Source: Cyclobacteriaceae bacterium
GTDB lineage: Bacteria; Bacteroidota; Bacteroidia; Cytophagales; Cyclobacteriaceae
Length of the DNA stretch: 64,000 nucleotides
NCBI GenBank assembly: GCA_043750575.1
Contig: JAYVBH010000009.1
Span: 48,664 to 112,663, forward strand
Reading direction: 5' to 3'
Below the pieces are notes generated by a model. The model did not search any database and was not told where the DNA came from. It was given only the letters and a program-made list of their open reading frames with translations. Of the stretch, positions 36,064-45,806 are shown in pieces. The position numbers and the translations under genes are program-made. Within the stretch, counting starts at the first letter, position 1, and each line of letters opens with the position of its first letter.

Positions 36064-36973
36064 TCATCGAACGTATTGTGCGTCTCAACCCTTCGCGCAT
36101 ATCCACAGGAAGTGGTCCTTCAAGGTACTGAAGCAATTTGGCGTTGGAGACTTTCATATCCTCCGTCAATTTAATCAGCACATCCTGCTTGCCTATGGCT
36201 GATGCAAAACTTTTAACCACTGCTGGCGGAAGATTCCAAATCCAGGGCTTTTTTCCCAGCACACCGCTGATTAATTCATAGAGCTCCCTTGTAGACAGAT
36301 ATCCATTATCCGCCAGATGAAAGATGCCCGAGGGTATGTCTTTGTACATGAAGGTTCGTATGATCGCAATCAAGTTCTCCATACTGAGAAAAGACCGTTG
36401 GTTATTGAATGTTCCAAACGGATAGGGCACCGGCATCCTGACGAATTTTAACAGTGCGTTTAGGTTACCCTTGTTGTCAGGGCCATGAATCATGCAAGGC
36501 CTGAAGATGTAGAAGCGCTTATCATCCGGAAGCGCTACAGAGAGCAAGTACTCCTCTGCCCTTCTCTTTGACTTCCCATATTCGGTTAAGGGCAATGCTT
36601 GCGCTGACTCATCTACTGGCTCGGGGGCTGTGTCCGCTACGGCCTTGATGGAACTGAAAAAAATAAATCGGGTTGCCCCGGATTCCCTGAACGCATCAAA
36701 AACAGATTTTGCATGATCTACATTCGCAGCCTGGTAATCAACTGCCGTATATTTTCCTTTGAGATCATGTGCAATGCCGGCAAGGTGAATAACCGAATCT
36801 ATGCCTGCATCGTCCAATGACCCGGCGCTTATATCGGAAAGCCATTGGACTGGAAGTTGTGCTACCGGATTACGGCTGTGGCCAAAAATTTGAATGCCCG
36901 TGGTCTCTTTAAAGGCATGAACCAGGTTCCTACCAATAAATCCTGAAATACCGGTAATAAGAATCTTCCTCAC
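36056..36973 (-). CDS. NAD-dependent epimerase/reductase (WbpV-like)
   Basis: TGISGFIG, IHLAGIAH, SSIKAV, YGKSK, GPDNKGNL, NQRSFLS. Confidence 0.88.
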   Translation of the reverse strand: MRKILITGISGFIGRNLVHAFKETTGIQIFGHSRNPVAQLPVQWLSDISAGSLDDAGIDSVIHLAGIAHDLKGKYTAVDYQAANVDHAKSVFDAFRESGATRFIFFSSIKAVADTAPEPVDESAQALPLTEYGKSKRRAEEYLLSVALPDDKRFYIFRPCMIHGPDNKGNLNALLKFVRMPVPYPFGTFNNQRSFLSMENLIAIIRTFMYKDIPSGIFHLADNGYLSTRELYELISGVLGKKPWIWNLPPAVVKSFASAIGKQDVLIKLTEDMKVSNAKLLQYLEGPLPVDMREGLRRTIRSMNG

Positions 36974-36986
36974 GCAGCTAATTGCA

Positions 36987-37730
36987 TCAAATTAACTCAA
37001 ACAATTTCCGAAAGTACTTGCTATACACCATGAACCCATTTGAGTAGATTCCATTTTCCTTGCAGGCCCTGAGAATTTCCCGATTGAGTATGATGTTACT
37101 CATCAGGCCTCGCGAACTTACTCCTCCCCTGCGCATATGAACCATCGTTAACGGCAGGTAGCGATACCTGAGCCGATTCACAAACAAGAACCTGATTAGT
37201 AATTCATAGTCTGCAGCAATGCGGTAATCGGTCTTGAAGAGGCCGATCTCCTCATAGAATTTCCTGCGTACAAAGAAGGTTGGATGGGCAGGCATGAAAC
37301 CCCAGGCGAATTTTTCTGGGTTCCATCGGGCGGAAGAATACCGCCGAACTACTTTTCCCAGATTCTGAGGATCAACAACGACCAGATCGCCAAAGACCGC
37401 ATCCACGGAAGGATCAGAAAATGCATCAGCGACGGAGGAAAGAATCTGCGGGGTGGCATAAAAATCATCTGAGTTGATGATGCCTACTACGTCCCCGGTG
37501 GCCAGGCGGATAGCCTTGTTCATCGCGTCATAAATGCCATGGTCGGGCTCACTGATCCAGCGTGTTACCACGTTGCCGGCGTTGCGGACAATATCCAGCG
37601 TTGAATCTTTGGATTGCCCGTCTACGACGATGTACTCAATGTTGTTGTGGGTTTGCTCCCGCACAGAGCGGATGGTATCACCGATGGTAGCTGCGGAATT
37701 AAAGGAAACGGTGAGGAGGGAAATCTTCAT
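36987..37730 (-). CDS. Glycosyltransferase family 2 (WcaE-like)
   Basis: EYIVVDGQSKD, SEPDHGIYDAMNK, INSDD, PAHPTFF, ADYEL. Confidence 0.92.
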   Translation of the reverse strand: MKISLLTVSFNSAATIGDTIRSVREQTHNNIEYIVVDGQSKDSTLDIVRNAGNVVTRWISEPDHGIYDAMNKAIRLATGDVVGIINSDDFYATPQILSSVADAFSDPSVDAVFGDLVVVDPQNLGKVVRRYSSARWNPEKFAWGFMPAHPTFFVRRKFYEEIGLFKTDYRIAADYELLIRFLFVNRLRYRYLPLTMVHMRRGGVSSRGLMSNIILNREILRACKENGIYSNGFMVYSKYFRKLFELI

Positions 37731-37743
37731 TCCGGAACGCGGC

Positions 37744-37955
37744 TAAATGCACTTTGCCACAGATTACACAGATTCACACAGATTATCGGATCAAATTTTT
37801 CTCGGCGTTCTTTGCGCATATTCCTCAGCGACCTCTGCGGTTAAATGCACTTTGCCACAGATTACACGGATTCACACAGATTATCGGATCAAATTCTTCT
37901 CGGCGTCCTTTGCGCCTATTCCTCAGCGGCTCTGCGGCTCTGCGGTTAAATGCAT
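37744..37955. repeat. Tandem 98/105-bp units, each a CACAGATT-triplet arm joined to a CTCTGCG-family arm
   Basis: taaatgca at 37744, 37842, 37947; GCCACAGATTACACAGATTCACACAGATT from 37757 and a 1-mismatch copy from 37855. Confidence 0.92.
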
Positions 37956-39683
37956 TTAACCCCGCTCAATCAAGCAGTTCTCCAACACAAGCATATCCAT
38001 TTCAGTGCGCAAAAAACAATTCAGCGCCTCTTGCGGGGTATTGACGATGGGCTCATTCTCATTGAACGAAGTATTCAACAAGATCGGGACTCCCGTCCTC
38101 TTTCTAAAGCACTCTATGAGACCGTAATACCGGGGCGATACCTCCTTCATGACCGTTTGCAACCTGCCCGTGCCATCCACGTGCGTTACCGCCGGGATGA
38201 TGGAGCGCTTTTCGGGACGGATGGGAAATACTTTCTCCATGAACGGAACGTCCTCGACTTTTTCAAAATACTCACTGGTGTATTCTTTCAGAATAGACGG
38301 GGCGAACGGGCGAAAGCTTTCTCGACGTTTGATCTTCGAGTTAAGCAAGTCTTTCGCCTTTGGGTTGCGCGGGTCGGCGAGGATGGAGCGTGCACCCAAT
38401 GCCCTCGGACCAAACTCTGCCCTTCCCGAAAACCAGCCTACTACTCCCGGCTCCAGCAGCTTATCCGTGATTTTCTCGAATAGTTCATCATCCGGCAGAC
38501 GACGGTAACTCACACCCTGCCCCTTGAGAAAAGTCTCAATCTCATCATTGGAAAACTTGCTGCCCGTGTAGGCACTGTAGATCGCTGGGGCGCGTTTATT
38601 ACGGAGCACATGATTATGCACATACAGCGCACTGCCCATGCTGATACCCGCATCATGACCGGCAGAAGGAATGTAGAGATTCTTAAAGGCAGTCTTCTCC
38701 AAAATCTTTCCATTGGCTACCGAGTTCTGTGCCACGCCGCCGGCAATACAAACGTTTCCCAATCCCGTTCGGTCTTGAAGTTTATTCAGAATGTGAAGGA
38801 TCAATTCCTCGCAGACCAATTGAACACTGGCGGCGATGTCCTTATGTTTTTGAGTTAGCTCTTCCGTGGGCTTGCGGGCAGGTCCGAAAATATCTTCGAT
38901 CTTCTTCCCGTACAGGGTGGAAATGACCGGGACAGACGTAGAATAATCCAGTTTGATCTCGGTAGGGCTGGCAAAATAGGACGCATCCCATCCGAACAGT
39001 CCGTCTGGTTTGAAGTGTAAAACTTTTCGGATCTCTTCCGCAAATACCGGCTTGCCATAAGGGGCCAGGCCCATTACCTTGTATTCATCCCCATAGTGCG
39101 GGAAGCCCAGGTACTGTGTAAAGGCCGTGTAAAACAATCCAGCGGAGACCGGAAAATCCACAGAATCAAGAACCTCGATCTGGTTGCCACGACCAACCGC
39201 AATCATGGTAGTGGTAAAATCTCCGGAGCCATCAATAGAGAGTATGGCCGCTTCCTCAAATGGACTGGCGAAGAAAGCCGAAGCGAGGTGACTGCGGTGG
39301 TGCTCGACTTGAACGATGCGGGGCTTGATCTCCGATTCGCTTAATCCACTGATGGCTGCAAGCTCATGCTCCAGGCTGGCCACCTTACTGGAGTTCTTCA
39401 GCCGATCCGACAACAGGGTATTCTTCTTGCCAATATTTTTCAGAACAAATCCAACCTTCCTCCAGAATTTAGCCCTGAGGTCTCGCCCAATGCAAATATG
39501 GTCAACCTCTTTCAACGTTATCCCGGCCTCTTGCAAGCAGAACTTCACCGCCTCACTCGGGAATCCCACCCAGTGTTTAATGCGACGGAACCGTTCTTCT
39601 TCAGTGGCCGCAATAAGAACGCCATCTTTAAAGATGGCGGCGGAAGAGTCTGCGTGGTGGGCGTTAAGGCCGAGGATGTACAT
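37956..39683 (-). CDS. Carbamoyltransferase (NodU/CmcH family)
   Basis: HADSSAA, EEERFRR.KH, VEHHRSH, GGVAQN, EFGPRALGARSIL, RESFRPFAP, THVDGTGRLQTV, LNTSFN. Confidence 0.95.
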   Translation of the reverse strand: MYILGLNAHHADSSAAIFKDGVLIAATEEERFRRIKHWVGFPSEAVKFCLQEAGITLKEVDHICIGRDLRAKFWRKVGFVLKNIGKKNTLLSDRLKNSSKVASLEHELAAISGLSESEIKPRIVQVEHHRSHLASAFFASPFEEAAILSIDGSGDFTTTMIAVGRGNQIEVLDSVDFPVSAGLFYTAFTQYLGFPHYGDEYKVMGLAPYGKPVFAEEIRKVLHFKPDGLFGWDASYFASPTEIKLDYSTSVPVISTLYGKKIEDIFGPARKPTEELTQKHKDIAASVQLVCEELILHILNKLQDRTGLGNVCIAGGVAQNSVANGKILEKTAFKNLYIPSAGHDAGISMGSALYVHNHVLRNKRAPAIYSAYTGSKFSNDEIETFLKGQGVSYRRLPDDELFEKITDKLLEPGVVGWFSGRAEFGPRALGARSILADPRNPKAKDLLNSKIKRRESFRPFAPSILKEYTSEYFEKVEDVPFMEKVFPIRPEKRSIIPAVTHVDGTGRLQTVMKEVSPRYYGLIECFRKRTGVPILLNTSFNENEPIVNTPQEALNCFLRTEMDMLVLENCLIERG

Positions 39684-39687
39684 CAGG

Positions 39688-41154
39688 CTAAAATTGAAAA
39701 TAGATAAATTGACTGATTGGCCTCAGAAAAGTAAAGACGAGGATGATAATGAATGTGTAACGGACACAATTCAAACAGAAATACAGTGGTCCAATGCGTT
39801 TCAGTCTTTCCTCCAGGTAAGTGGTGAAAAAATAACTCAGAAGAAATAGCAAGACTAAGAGCGCTGCAATGATATAGACGTTCTCCCTCATGGTATAAAA
39901 CAGATAGTACCGGGGCACAAAAACCTTTCCCATCATCAAGAAGGTGTCTTTCAGATTTGCAGCCCTAAATGGGATCCAGCTAAGCATAGCCAGGGGCAAT
40001 ACCAATAACCACCCGACAAGGCGGGCTTCAAGGAACGGTATGCGCTTCTTTATCGGCCGCAATATGCGTTCCATGAAGATCATTGTCGCATGATATAGGC
40101 CCCAAAAGACAAACGTCCAATTCGCACCATGCCAGAGACCCATGATCCCCCATGTAAGAAACAGAGCGCCATTTTTTGTTTGCGTGCTTGTCGCCTCCAA
40201 ACCCTCCCCGATGCCACCCTTTCCCGTGGTCTTTGTTACCCTCACCCCGGACAGCGGCAGATAAAGGTAATCTCTTATCCAAGACGACAAGGAAATATGC
40301 CATCTCTTCCAAAAGTCCTTAAACGAGGAGGCGATATAGGGATAGTTAAAGTTTTCAGGGATGGTGATACCCATCAGCCTTGCGGCTCCGACGGCAATAT
40401 GAGAATAGGCTGAAAAATCAAAGTAGATCTGAAACCCAAAGAGAAAAGCCAGGGTCCACACATCTATCGCTGATAGCGTTGCGGCACTTACGGAAAAGCC
40501 CTCATCCACCAAGGGGCTAATGTTGTCTGCCAAAACAACTTTCAGGAACAATCCATACAGGATTCTCTTGATTCCATCCGTAACAAAATCCAGCTGAAAT
40601 GCCGGGCGCGTTTTCAATTGAACGAGGAGCTCAGAAGCGCGTTGAATGGGGCCCGCTACCAACTTGGGAAAAAACGTTACAAACAATGCATAGTCAACAA
40701 ACGTCTTCTCAGGTTTGATCAAACCACGATAGACGTCCACCGTATAGCTGATCGTTTCAAATGTGTAGAAGCTTATCCCGAAGGGCAACAATACATGGAG
40801 CAACGGGAACTGGTAATGAAAACCCAGGAGTTCCAACAATCCGTTCGTGTTCTCCGTGAAAAAATACAAATACTTGAAATAACATAGCAGGCCGAGGTTT
40901 ACAACCAGTGTAACCGCCAACAGGGCGTTCCGCCGCCGTTTATCAGTTGCAGCAGTATTCCCAATGGCAAGTGCGGTGTAATAATCCGTGAGCGCAGAAA
41001 TAAACATCACACTCAGGTACTCCCATTTCCAGAAACCATAAAATATGCAACTGACGATCAATAGCATCCACTTCTTCAATCGCAATGGAAGCGTCCAATA
41101 AAGGGCTACCACCAAAATGAGAAATACAATAAATGTTACTGAATTGAAAATCAC
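39688..41154 (-). CDS. MBOAT O-acyltransferase (AlgI/DltB family)
   Basis: LPFGISFYTF, FFPKLVAGPI.R, YFDFSAYS, ENFNYPY, FWKRWHISLS, GLWHGA. Confidence 0.95.
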   Translation of the reverse strand: MIFNSVTFIVFLILVVALYWTLPLRLKKWMLLIVSCIFYGFWKWEYLSVMFISALTDYYTALAIGNTAATDKRRRNALLAVTLVVNLGLLCYFKYLYFFTENTNGLLELLGFHYQFPLLHVLLPFGISFYTFETISYTVDVYRGLIKPEKTFVDYALFVTFFPKLVAGPIQRASELLVQLKTRPAFQLDFVTDGIKRILYGLFLKVVLADNISPLVDEGFSVSAATLSAIDVWTLAFLFGFQIYFDFSAYSHIAVGAARLMGITIPENFNYPYIASSFKDFWKRWHISLSSWIRDYLYLPLSGVRVTKTTGKGGIGEGLEATSTQTKNGALFLTWGIMGLWHGANWTFVFWGLYHATMIFMERILRPIKKRIPFLEARLVGWLLVLPLAMLSWIPFRAANLKDTFLMMGKVFVPRYYLFYTMRENVYIIAALLVLLFLLSYFFTTYLEERLKRIGPLYFCLNCVRYTFIIILVFTFLRPISQFIYFQF

Positions 41155-41155
41155 G

Positions 41156-42358
41156 CTACTTGTTGCTCATTCCCATCAATACATGCTGTAGTGAATCAGC
41201 CAAGATCTCATGCCCCCTGTATTGGAAATGCATGAAGTCAACTTCCCGCTTTGACATGAGATTGGTGGCCGCTTGAAAGCCCCATAAAGGGCCAGGAACA
41301 ATATTCTCATAATTTCGGAACTCCACATCAGCACCAGAATGCTGTGCAATTCGAACAACCGCATCCTTAAAATTCATGTATTCTTCGGGGGCATACGGAG
41401 GCGTGGTATCGGGACGGATTGGAGGGATATACAATAAGACCTTGTGTTTGTACTCTCTGCATTTGGTCAGTATCAACCTTAATGATTCCATATTGTCATC
41501 ATACCGCTGCGGTATCATTCTCCGGATGCTGTTGGCACCGACTCCAAACACTGTGTTGCGCAACCTATAGACCCAACTAAAAACATCTCCGCGCACATTT
41601 TGCCGATTGCTCCAGGCCAGGGAGTTCTCGGTCAGTTGGGCATTGAGGTATATCTCAGCCTTCTCTTGCAGGGTCTCTTTTAACGCCGCCAAATCATCGT
41701 CTTGTGCAGATGTCTTGCTGTTGGGATTGCTCGACCAATAATCGCGCAAGTTCTTGTTAATCTTCTGGGCTAGATGAGAAGAATCCCTTTCCACCTGATA
41801 ATTCTCATCGATTAACTTAGTAAAAAATACATTCCGGATACCATCTTCCCGCATGTCATCCATGAACAGAGGAATTACAATGATTTGCAGAGGTAGCCGG
41901 TCTTTCCAATACATATAGGAAAGGTAGAATTCCTGCAAGCCGGCATTGGGCAGGCTATTACCAAGTACTTCGGAGCTGTCATTGAGCGCATTTCTGAATA
42001 TCAATTCCAGGAAGTTAACCTCATCTTCCCGCTTTTGATTGATGCTATGCATCTGGGAGTTGCCCAGGAAAAGAGTAACCTTCTTTTCGCCCCTCGCTCT
42101 CCAACTATCAACAAACTCCTTCTCCTCTGCCCCGCTGATCCTGACAATATGGATTAACTTACCATTGCTATCCAGAGCTTGATAACTTGCTGTTTCTGTG
42201 CCCAAAGCTAAGTCCTCAAACTTCACAGTTCCGGCGAACCAAGTGGTGATAATCCAATACGCAAGCACAAACGCAAAGGAAAGTTCAATCAAAGGCGTGT
42301 ATCTTCTCATATGAATCCTAGTCCACAGTCTTCGCTGCTTCCCTTGAGTCATTGTCAT
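41156..42358 (-). CDS. Membrane-anchored periplasmic protein, possible SGNH-like (AlgJ/DltD-type) partner
   Basis: One N-terminal TM; FLGNSQ and DFMHF resemble SGNH blocks I and V; adjacent to MBOAT. Confidence 0.6.
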   Translation of the reverse strand: MTMTQGKQRRLWTRIHMRRYTPLIELSFAFVLAYWIITTWFAGTVKFEDLALGTETASYQALDSNGKLIHIVRISGAEEKEFVDSWRARGEKKVTLFLGNSQMHSINQKREDEVNFLELIFRNALNDSSEVLGNSLPNAGLQEFYLSYMYWKDRLPLQIIVIPLFMDDMREDGIRNVFFTKLIDENYQVERDSSHLAQKINKNLRDYWSSNPNSKTSAQDDDLAALKETLQEKAEIYLNAQLTENSLAWSNRQNVRGDVFSWVYRLRNTVFGVGANSIRRMIPQRYDDNMESLRLILTKCREYKHKVLLYIPPIRPDTTPPYAPEEYMNFKDAVVRIAQHSGADVEFRNYENIVPGPLWGFQAATNLMSKREVDFMHFQYRGHEILADSLQHVLMGMSNK

Positions 42359-43479
42359 TATTGAAATAGGAAACCATACTCCTTCACATAATCCTTGCTA
42401 GCCCAGTATTGCTCCGCAAACCTCGTTGCATTTACTCGCATTTCACTATACGTACTATCACTGAGATTACTTACCGTTTCCAACTGACTACACAAATCGT
42501 CAGACCCATCGATATCTGTATAAAATCCAAGATTATCTTCTGTGACGTTTTTCCATGGAGTAGTCCTAGAAATTATTACTGGAGTGCCTGATGCAAATGC
42601 GTCAAAAATTGCATGTCCGAAGTTTTCCCCCTGAGTGGGCAGAACAAAAAAGTGATACTGTTGAAGAATGTTTGGCACATTCCATGGTGGTATTGCGCCC
42701 TTATAAGATACTTCAGCCTTTTCACTAATCAGAGCATCGCATTGGGACCAATATTCCTCGTCCGCAATTGGACCATAAATATCCAGCATGAACCTTCCCC
42801 CCAACCCATTAACAGCTTGTATGATAAGATGGAGATTCTTGTTTGGGCTAATCAACGAAAGAAAGACCAAACGGATCTTTCCCGTTACCTCCGGGAATTC
42901 AAGTGCTTTGGGCTGAACAGGTCGTCTGGGAATATTTGGAGCAACATGAACCTTCTGAAATGGACCAAAGACCTTAAGAATCTCATCCTTCTCACGGCTG
43001 TCTGTTGCGTGCCACTCCTGTCGACTACCAACCCCAACACGAAATACGCCTAGATAGATCCGCTTCTTCAGCCAGTGCCTTCTCAAAGCCCAATCCTGAA
43101 GCATGCCTCGCGGCGAAATTACGGTTCTAATACCCATCATTCTTCCAATCACGAGGCCAAAAAAGGACGTATGCCAATGGAATATACCATTTACAAAAAT
43201 GGTATGAGGCCGAACTTCCCGCAATTTTGTTAAAATCAGTGATGGAGAGATCGACGAAGTGATAAAAATGTTTTCGCCATTCGGGCCGACGTTCCAACGA
43301 TCCTTACTCAATACCTTGTCGAGAGGTTGGTGATCAATATCCCGGTTTAAGGAAATAGTGTAGAAAACAATCTCAGGTTTAAGGAAAGACACAAGGTTCA
43401 TTAGCGACTGCACTGGACCTCCTGCCTTATAAAGAGGCCAATAGAAGGGATACATAAAAAAGACTCGTCTCGCTTTCAA
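42358..43479 (-). CDS. Glycosyltransferase family 4
   Basis: ISPRG, KNLH, LPTQGENFGHAIFDA; probable TTG start overlapping upstream TGA. Confidence 0.88.
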   Translation of the reverse strand: MKARRVFFMYPFYWPLYKAGGPVQSLMNLVSFLKPEIVFYTISLNRDIDHQPLDKVLSKDRWNVGPNGENIFITSSISPSLILTKLREVRPHTIFVNGIFHWHTSFFGLVIGRMMGIRTVISPRGMLQDWALRRHWLKKRIYLGVFRVGVGSRQEWHATDSREKDEILKVFGPFQKVHVAPNIPRRPVQPKALEFPEVTGKIRLVFLSLISPNKNLHLIIQAVNGLGGRFMLDIYGPIADEEYWSQCDALISEKAEVSYKGAIPPWNVPNILQQYHFFVLPTQGENFGHAIFDAFASGTPVIISRTTPWKNVTEDNLGFYTDIDGSDDLCSQLETVSNLSDSTYSEMRVNATRFAEQYWASKDYVKEYGFLFQ

Positions 43480-44759
43480 CGAATATTTTGCCAATAGCGC
43501 GTCGGCCAAATTTGCTTACGAACGAAATTCACCAGCAGAAAGACCAGAAACCCTTTCACAAGACCATTAAAGAAAACATAGAAGTCATTATCAGCCCTAA
43601 CCAAATAGGTGAACATGAATGGTATCCAGACAACATTAATCGGATCCGGAATAACATACAGTATGATAAATCGTCTAAGGAGCCATGAAATCAATGCGCC
43701 AAATACAAACAGCATCGCTAAGGAACCCCACCATCCAAAGTTTATGTAGAAATCTCCCAATATTCCAATTGTCATCGCTGTCTTTTTGGACAATTTATGG
43801 CCAGTGTATTTATAGAATTTCTCATTGGTATGCGTGACCTTCTTATCGGGGAATAACAATCTTGGTGTAAAAGAGGCTGCAATATCCCCAGCCATCTCCT
43901 GCCCCTCAGAAAATGGTTCCTTCTTTGGCACTCGCCGAAGTACCATCCCCAAATGCCAACCTTGATTTAGACGGCCAATAGTACCAACGACTCCCTTTGC
44001 TTTGAAAAATGAAGCGCCTGTGTTTTCCAAAGCACTCCTCTCCGCCAATTCAGTAAACAGACTAATCCCTGCTTCTCGCTTTCCGGACCAAGTGGCGGCT
44101 CGATATTCTCCCTTCACACTTTGAATCACTATCAATACCAGGACTCCCACGGCAACAAAACCGGCCCTAATCCCAAAAGCAAAACGATAAGCCAGGTTGA
44201 TCATAAAGAAAAGATATGTAGACCAGATAATGAAGTCCATGAAGACACCACTCTGCAGGACTTCAAATACTAGCTCGACATAAATTAGGCCGATTAATAA
44301 AATCTTCAATCTCGACTTACTAAACAAAAAACAAAAGGCGGCAACATATTTAAGATATTTAGTAAACGAAAGCACTGACCCCAAAGACGCAATCTCAAAG
44401 ACAGCAATAGCCTCGAAACTATAAGCCACTACAAGCAGGCCTAAACCCATATAGAATGCTTCTTCTTGATCAATCCGAATTACTAGGTCCTTCAATGGCA
44501 AGTCTCTATTGAGAACAAACACACCGATGAACAATGCTAGCATTGCAGGAATCATGAAGGAAAATAGCTGATTCTGCCCAATCGGCATCTGACTCTTCAG
44601 GACTTCATACTCATTGTAAATCAGGTAGGTCGAAAATATGTATTGAACATAAAAGGTAAATAGAAAGAGGTATAGTAATGGAAATGACCGTCCTGCCTTC
44701 CATATCAATAGGAAGAAAACACAGCCTAAAAGGGAATATGCAATTAAATTATTCACCAT
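43476..44759 (-). CDS. Polytopic membrane protein, probable O-antigen polymerase (Wzy-like)
   Basis: About 10 hydrophobic segments, large loop GRLNQGW, position within the glycan cluster. Confidence 0.65.
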   Translation of the reverse strand: MVNNLIAYSLLGCVFFLLIWKAGRSFPLLYLFLFTFYVQYIFSTYLIYNEYEVLKSQMPIGQNQLFSFMIPAMLALFIGVFVLNRDLPLKDLVIRIDQEEAFYMGLGLLVVAYSFEAIAVFEIASLGSVLSFTKYLKYVAAFCFLFSKSRLKILLIGLIYVELVFEVLQSGVFMDFIIWSTYLFFMINLAYRFAFGIRAGFVAVGVLVLIVIQSVKGEYRAATWSGKREAGISLFTELAERSALENTGASFFKAKGVVGTIGRLNQGWHLGMVLRRVPKKEPFSEGQEMAGDIAASFTPRLLFPDKKVTHTNEKFYKYTGHKLSKKTAMTIGILGDFYINFGWWGSLAMLFVFGALISWLLRRFIILYVIPDPINVVWIPFMFTYLVRADNDFYVFFNGLVKGFLVFLLVNFVRKQIWPTRYWQNIR

Positions 44760-44807
44760 GCTCTAAAACCTTTTTGTCAATTCCAATTTAGTAAGGATAC
44801 ATACTTC

Positions 44808-45806
44808 CTAGGACCTATTCTCACTAAGCAATTCGTAGATCCCTGTATATTGCCTTGCAATTTGACTAACGTCAAAGCGTTTGACGTTAGCAAGTCCATT
44901 TCTAATCAACTCTTCTCTCAATGAATCATCCTCAATCAGACGCATGATTCCATTTCTTATAGAACTAACATCAAAAGGGTCAACTAGAATCGCTGCATTT
45001 CCAGCAACCTCCGGCATGGACAAGAGATTGCTGGTTACAACCGGTCTTCCTATAGCATTTGCCTCAACAATTGGCATCCCAAAGCCCTCGTACGTAGACA
45101 CGAATGATACGATGTCAGCTTGCTTATACTTTTCATGCACTTGTTCATCCGAAAGGTTTTTCGAGTGACCAAATTCGATTTTGCATGTTCTGATCTCTGT
45201 GGCTAGCTCATCGTTCACGTCTCCAACTATTTCCAGCTTGCAACAAATCCCAACCAATGCCCGTACAAGTCGAATTACATTCTTATTGGGTTTAGTTCCA
45301 ATTTGTAGAATAGTGGGTTTTGCTTTATTAAACATTTTTGGATCAAATACATACCGCTCTGATATTGGCACATAGACTACCTTGACACGAGCAGGATCTA
45401 CTCTTACATGCCTCAATAGTTCATTCTTCGTCGATTGCGAAATCGTAGTGATGATAGCCGATCTCCTAACAGGTAACTGAATCCAAAACAGTTTCAATAA
45501 CCAACGGGCAAATCCTTTGGAATGATTTAGTAATCCCAAATCAAGAATGGTAAGCACGGTGTAGCGCTTCTTGAGGAATAGCGCGATGAAATTAACGTCG
45601 CCAGTAATGTGATTAATCCCCTTCTGAGAAAAGAGCGCTTCAATGCCTATATAAAGCCTCTTAAATAGTCCACTGCTGAAATAGCGCAACTCCTTCACCT
45701 CCCAATCCACATGAGGCGGAAGATGACTTCTGACAAATTTAAACAAGTTCTCTACGCTAAAATTAAAATCGGGCCGGGGCTTACGATGAAAGTAGACAAC
45801 CTTCAT
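44808..45806 (-). CDS. Glycosyltransferase family 4
   Basis: HITGDV, KPNKN, STYEGFGMPIVEA, MPEVAG; start ATG 45806. Confidence 0.92.
   Translation of the reverse strand: MKVVYFHRKPRPDFNFSVENLFKFVRSHLPPHVDWEVKELRYFSSGLFKRLYIGIEALFSQKGINHITGDVNFIALFLKKRYTVLTILDLGLLNHSKGFARWLLKLFWIQLPVRRSAIITTISQSTKNELLRHVRVDPARVKVVYVPISERYVFDPKMFNKAKPTILQIGTKPNKNVIRLVRALVGICCKLEIVGDVNDELATEIRTCKIEFGHSKNLSDEQVHEKYKQADIVSFVSTYEGFGMPIVEANAIGRPVVTSNLLSMPEVAGNAAILVDPFDVSSIRNGIMRLIEDDSLREELIRNGLANVKRFDVSQIARQYTGIYELLSENRS

Noticed and set aside
37614-38044. Short ORFs with TDYTD/QITQI repeats
   Set aside because: They are translations of the CACAGATT repeat; no GxxExxY motif follows.
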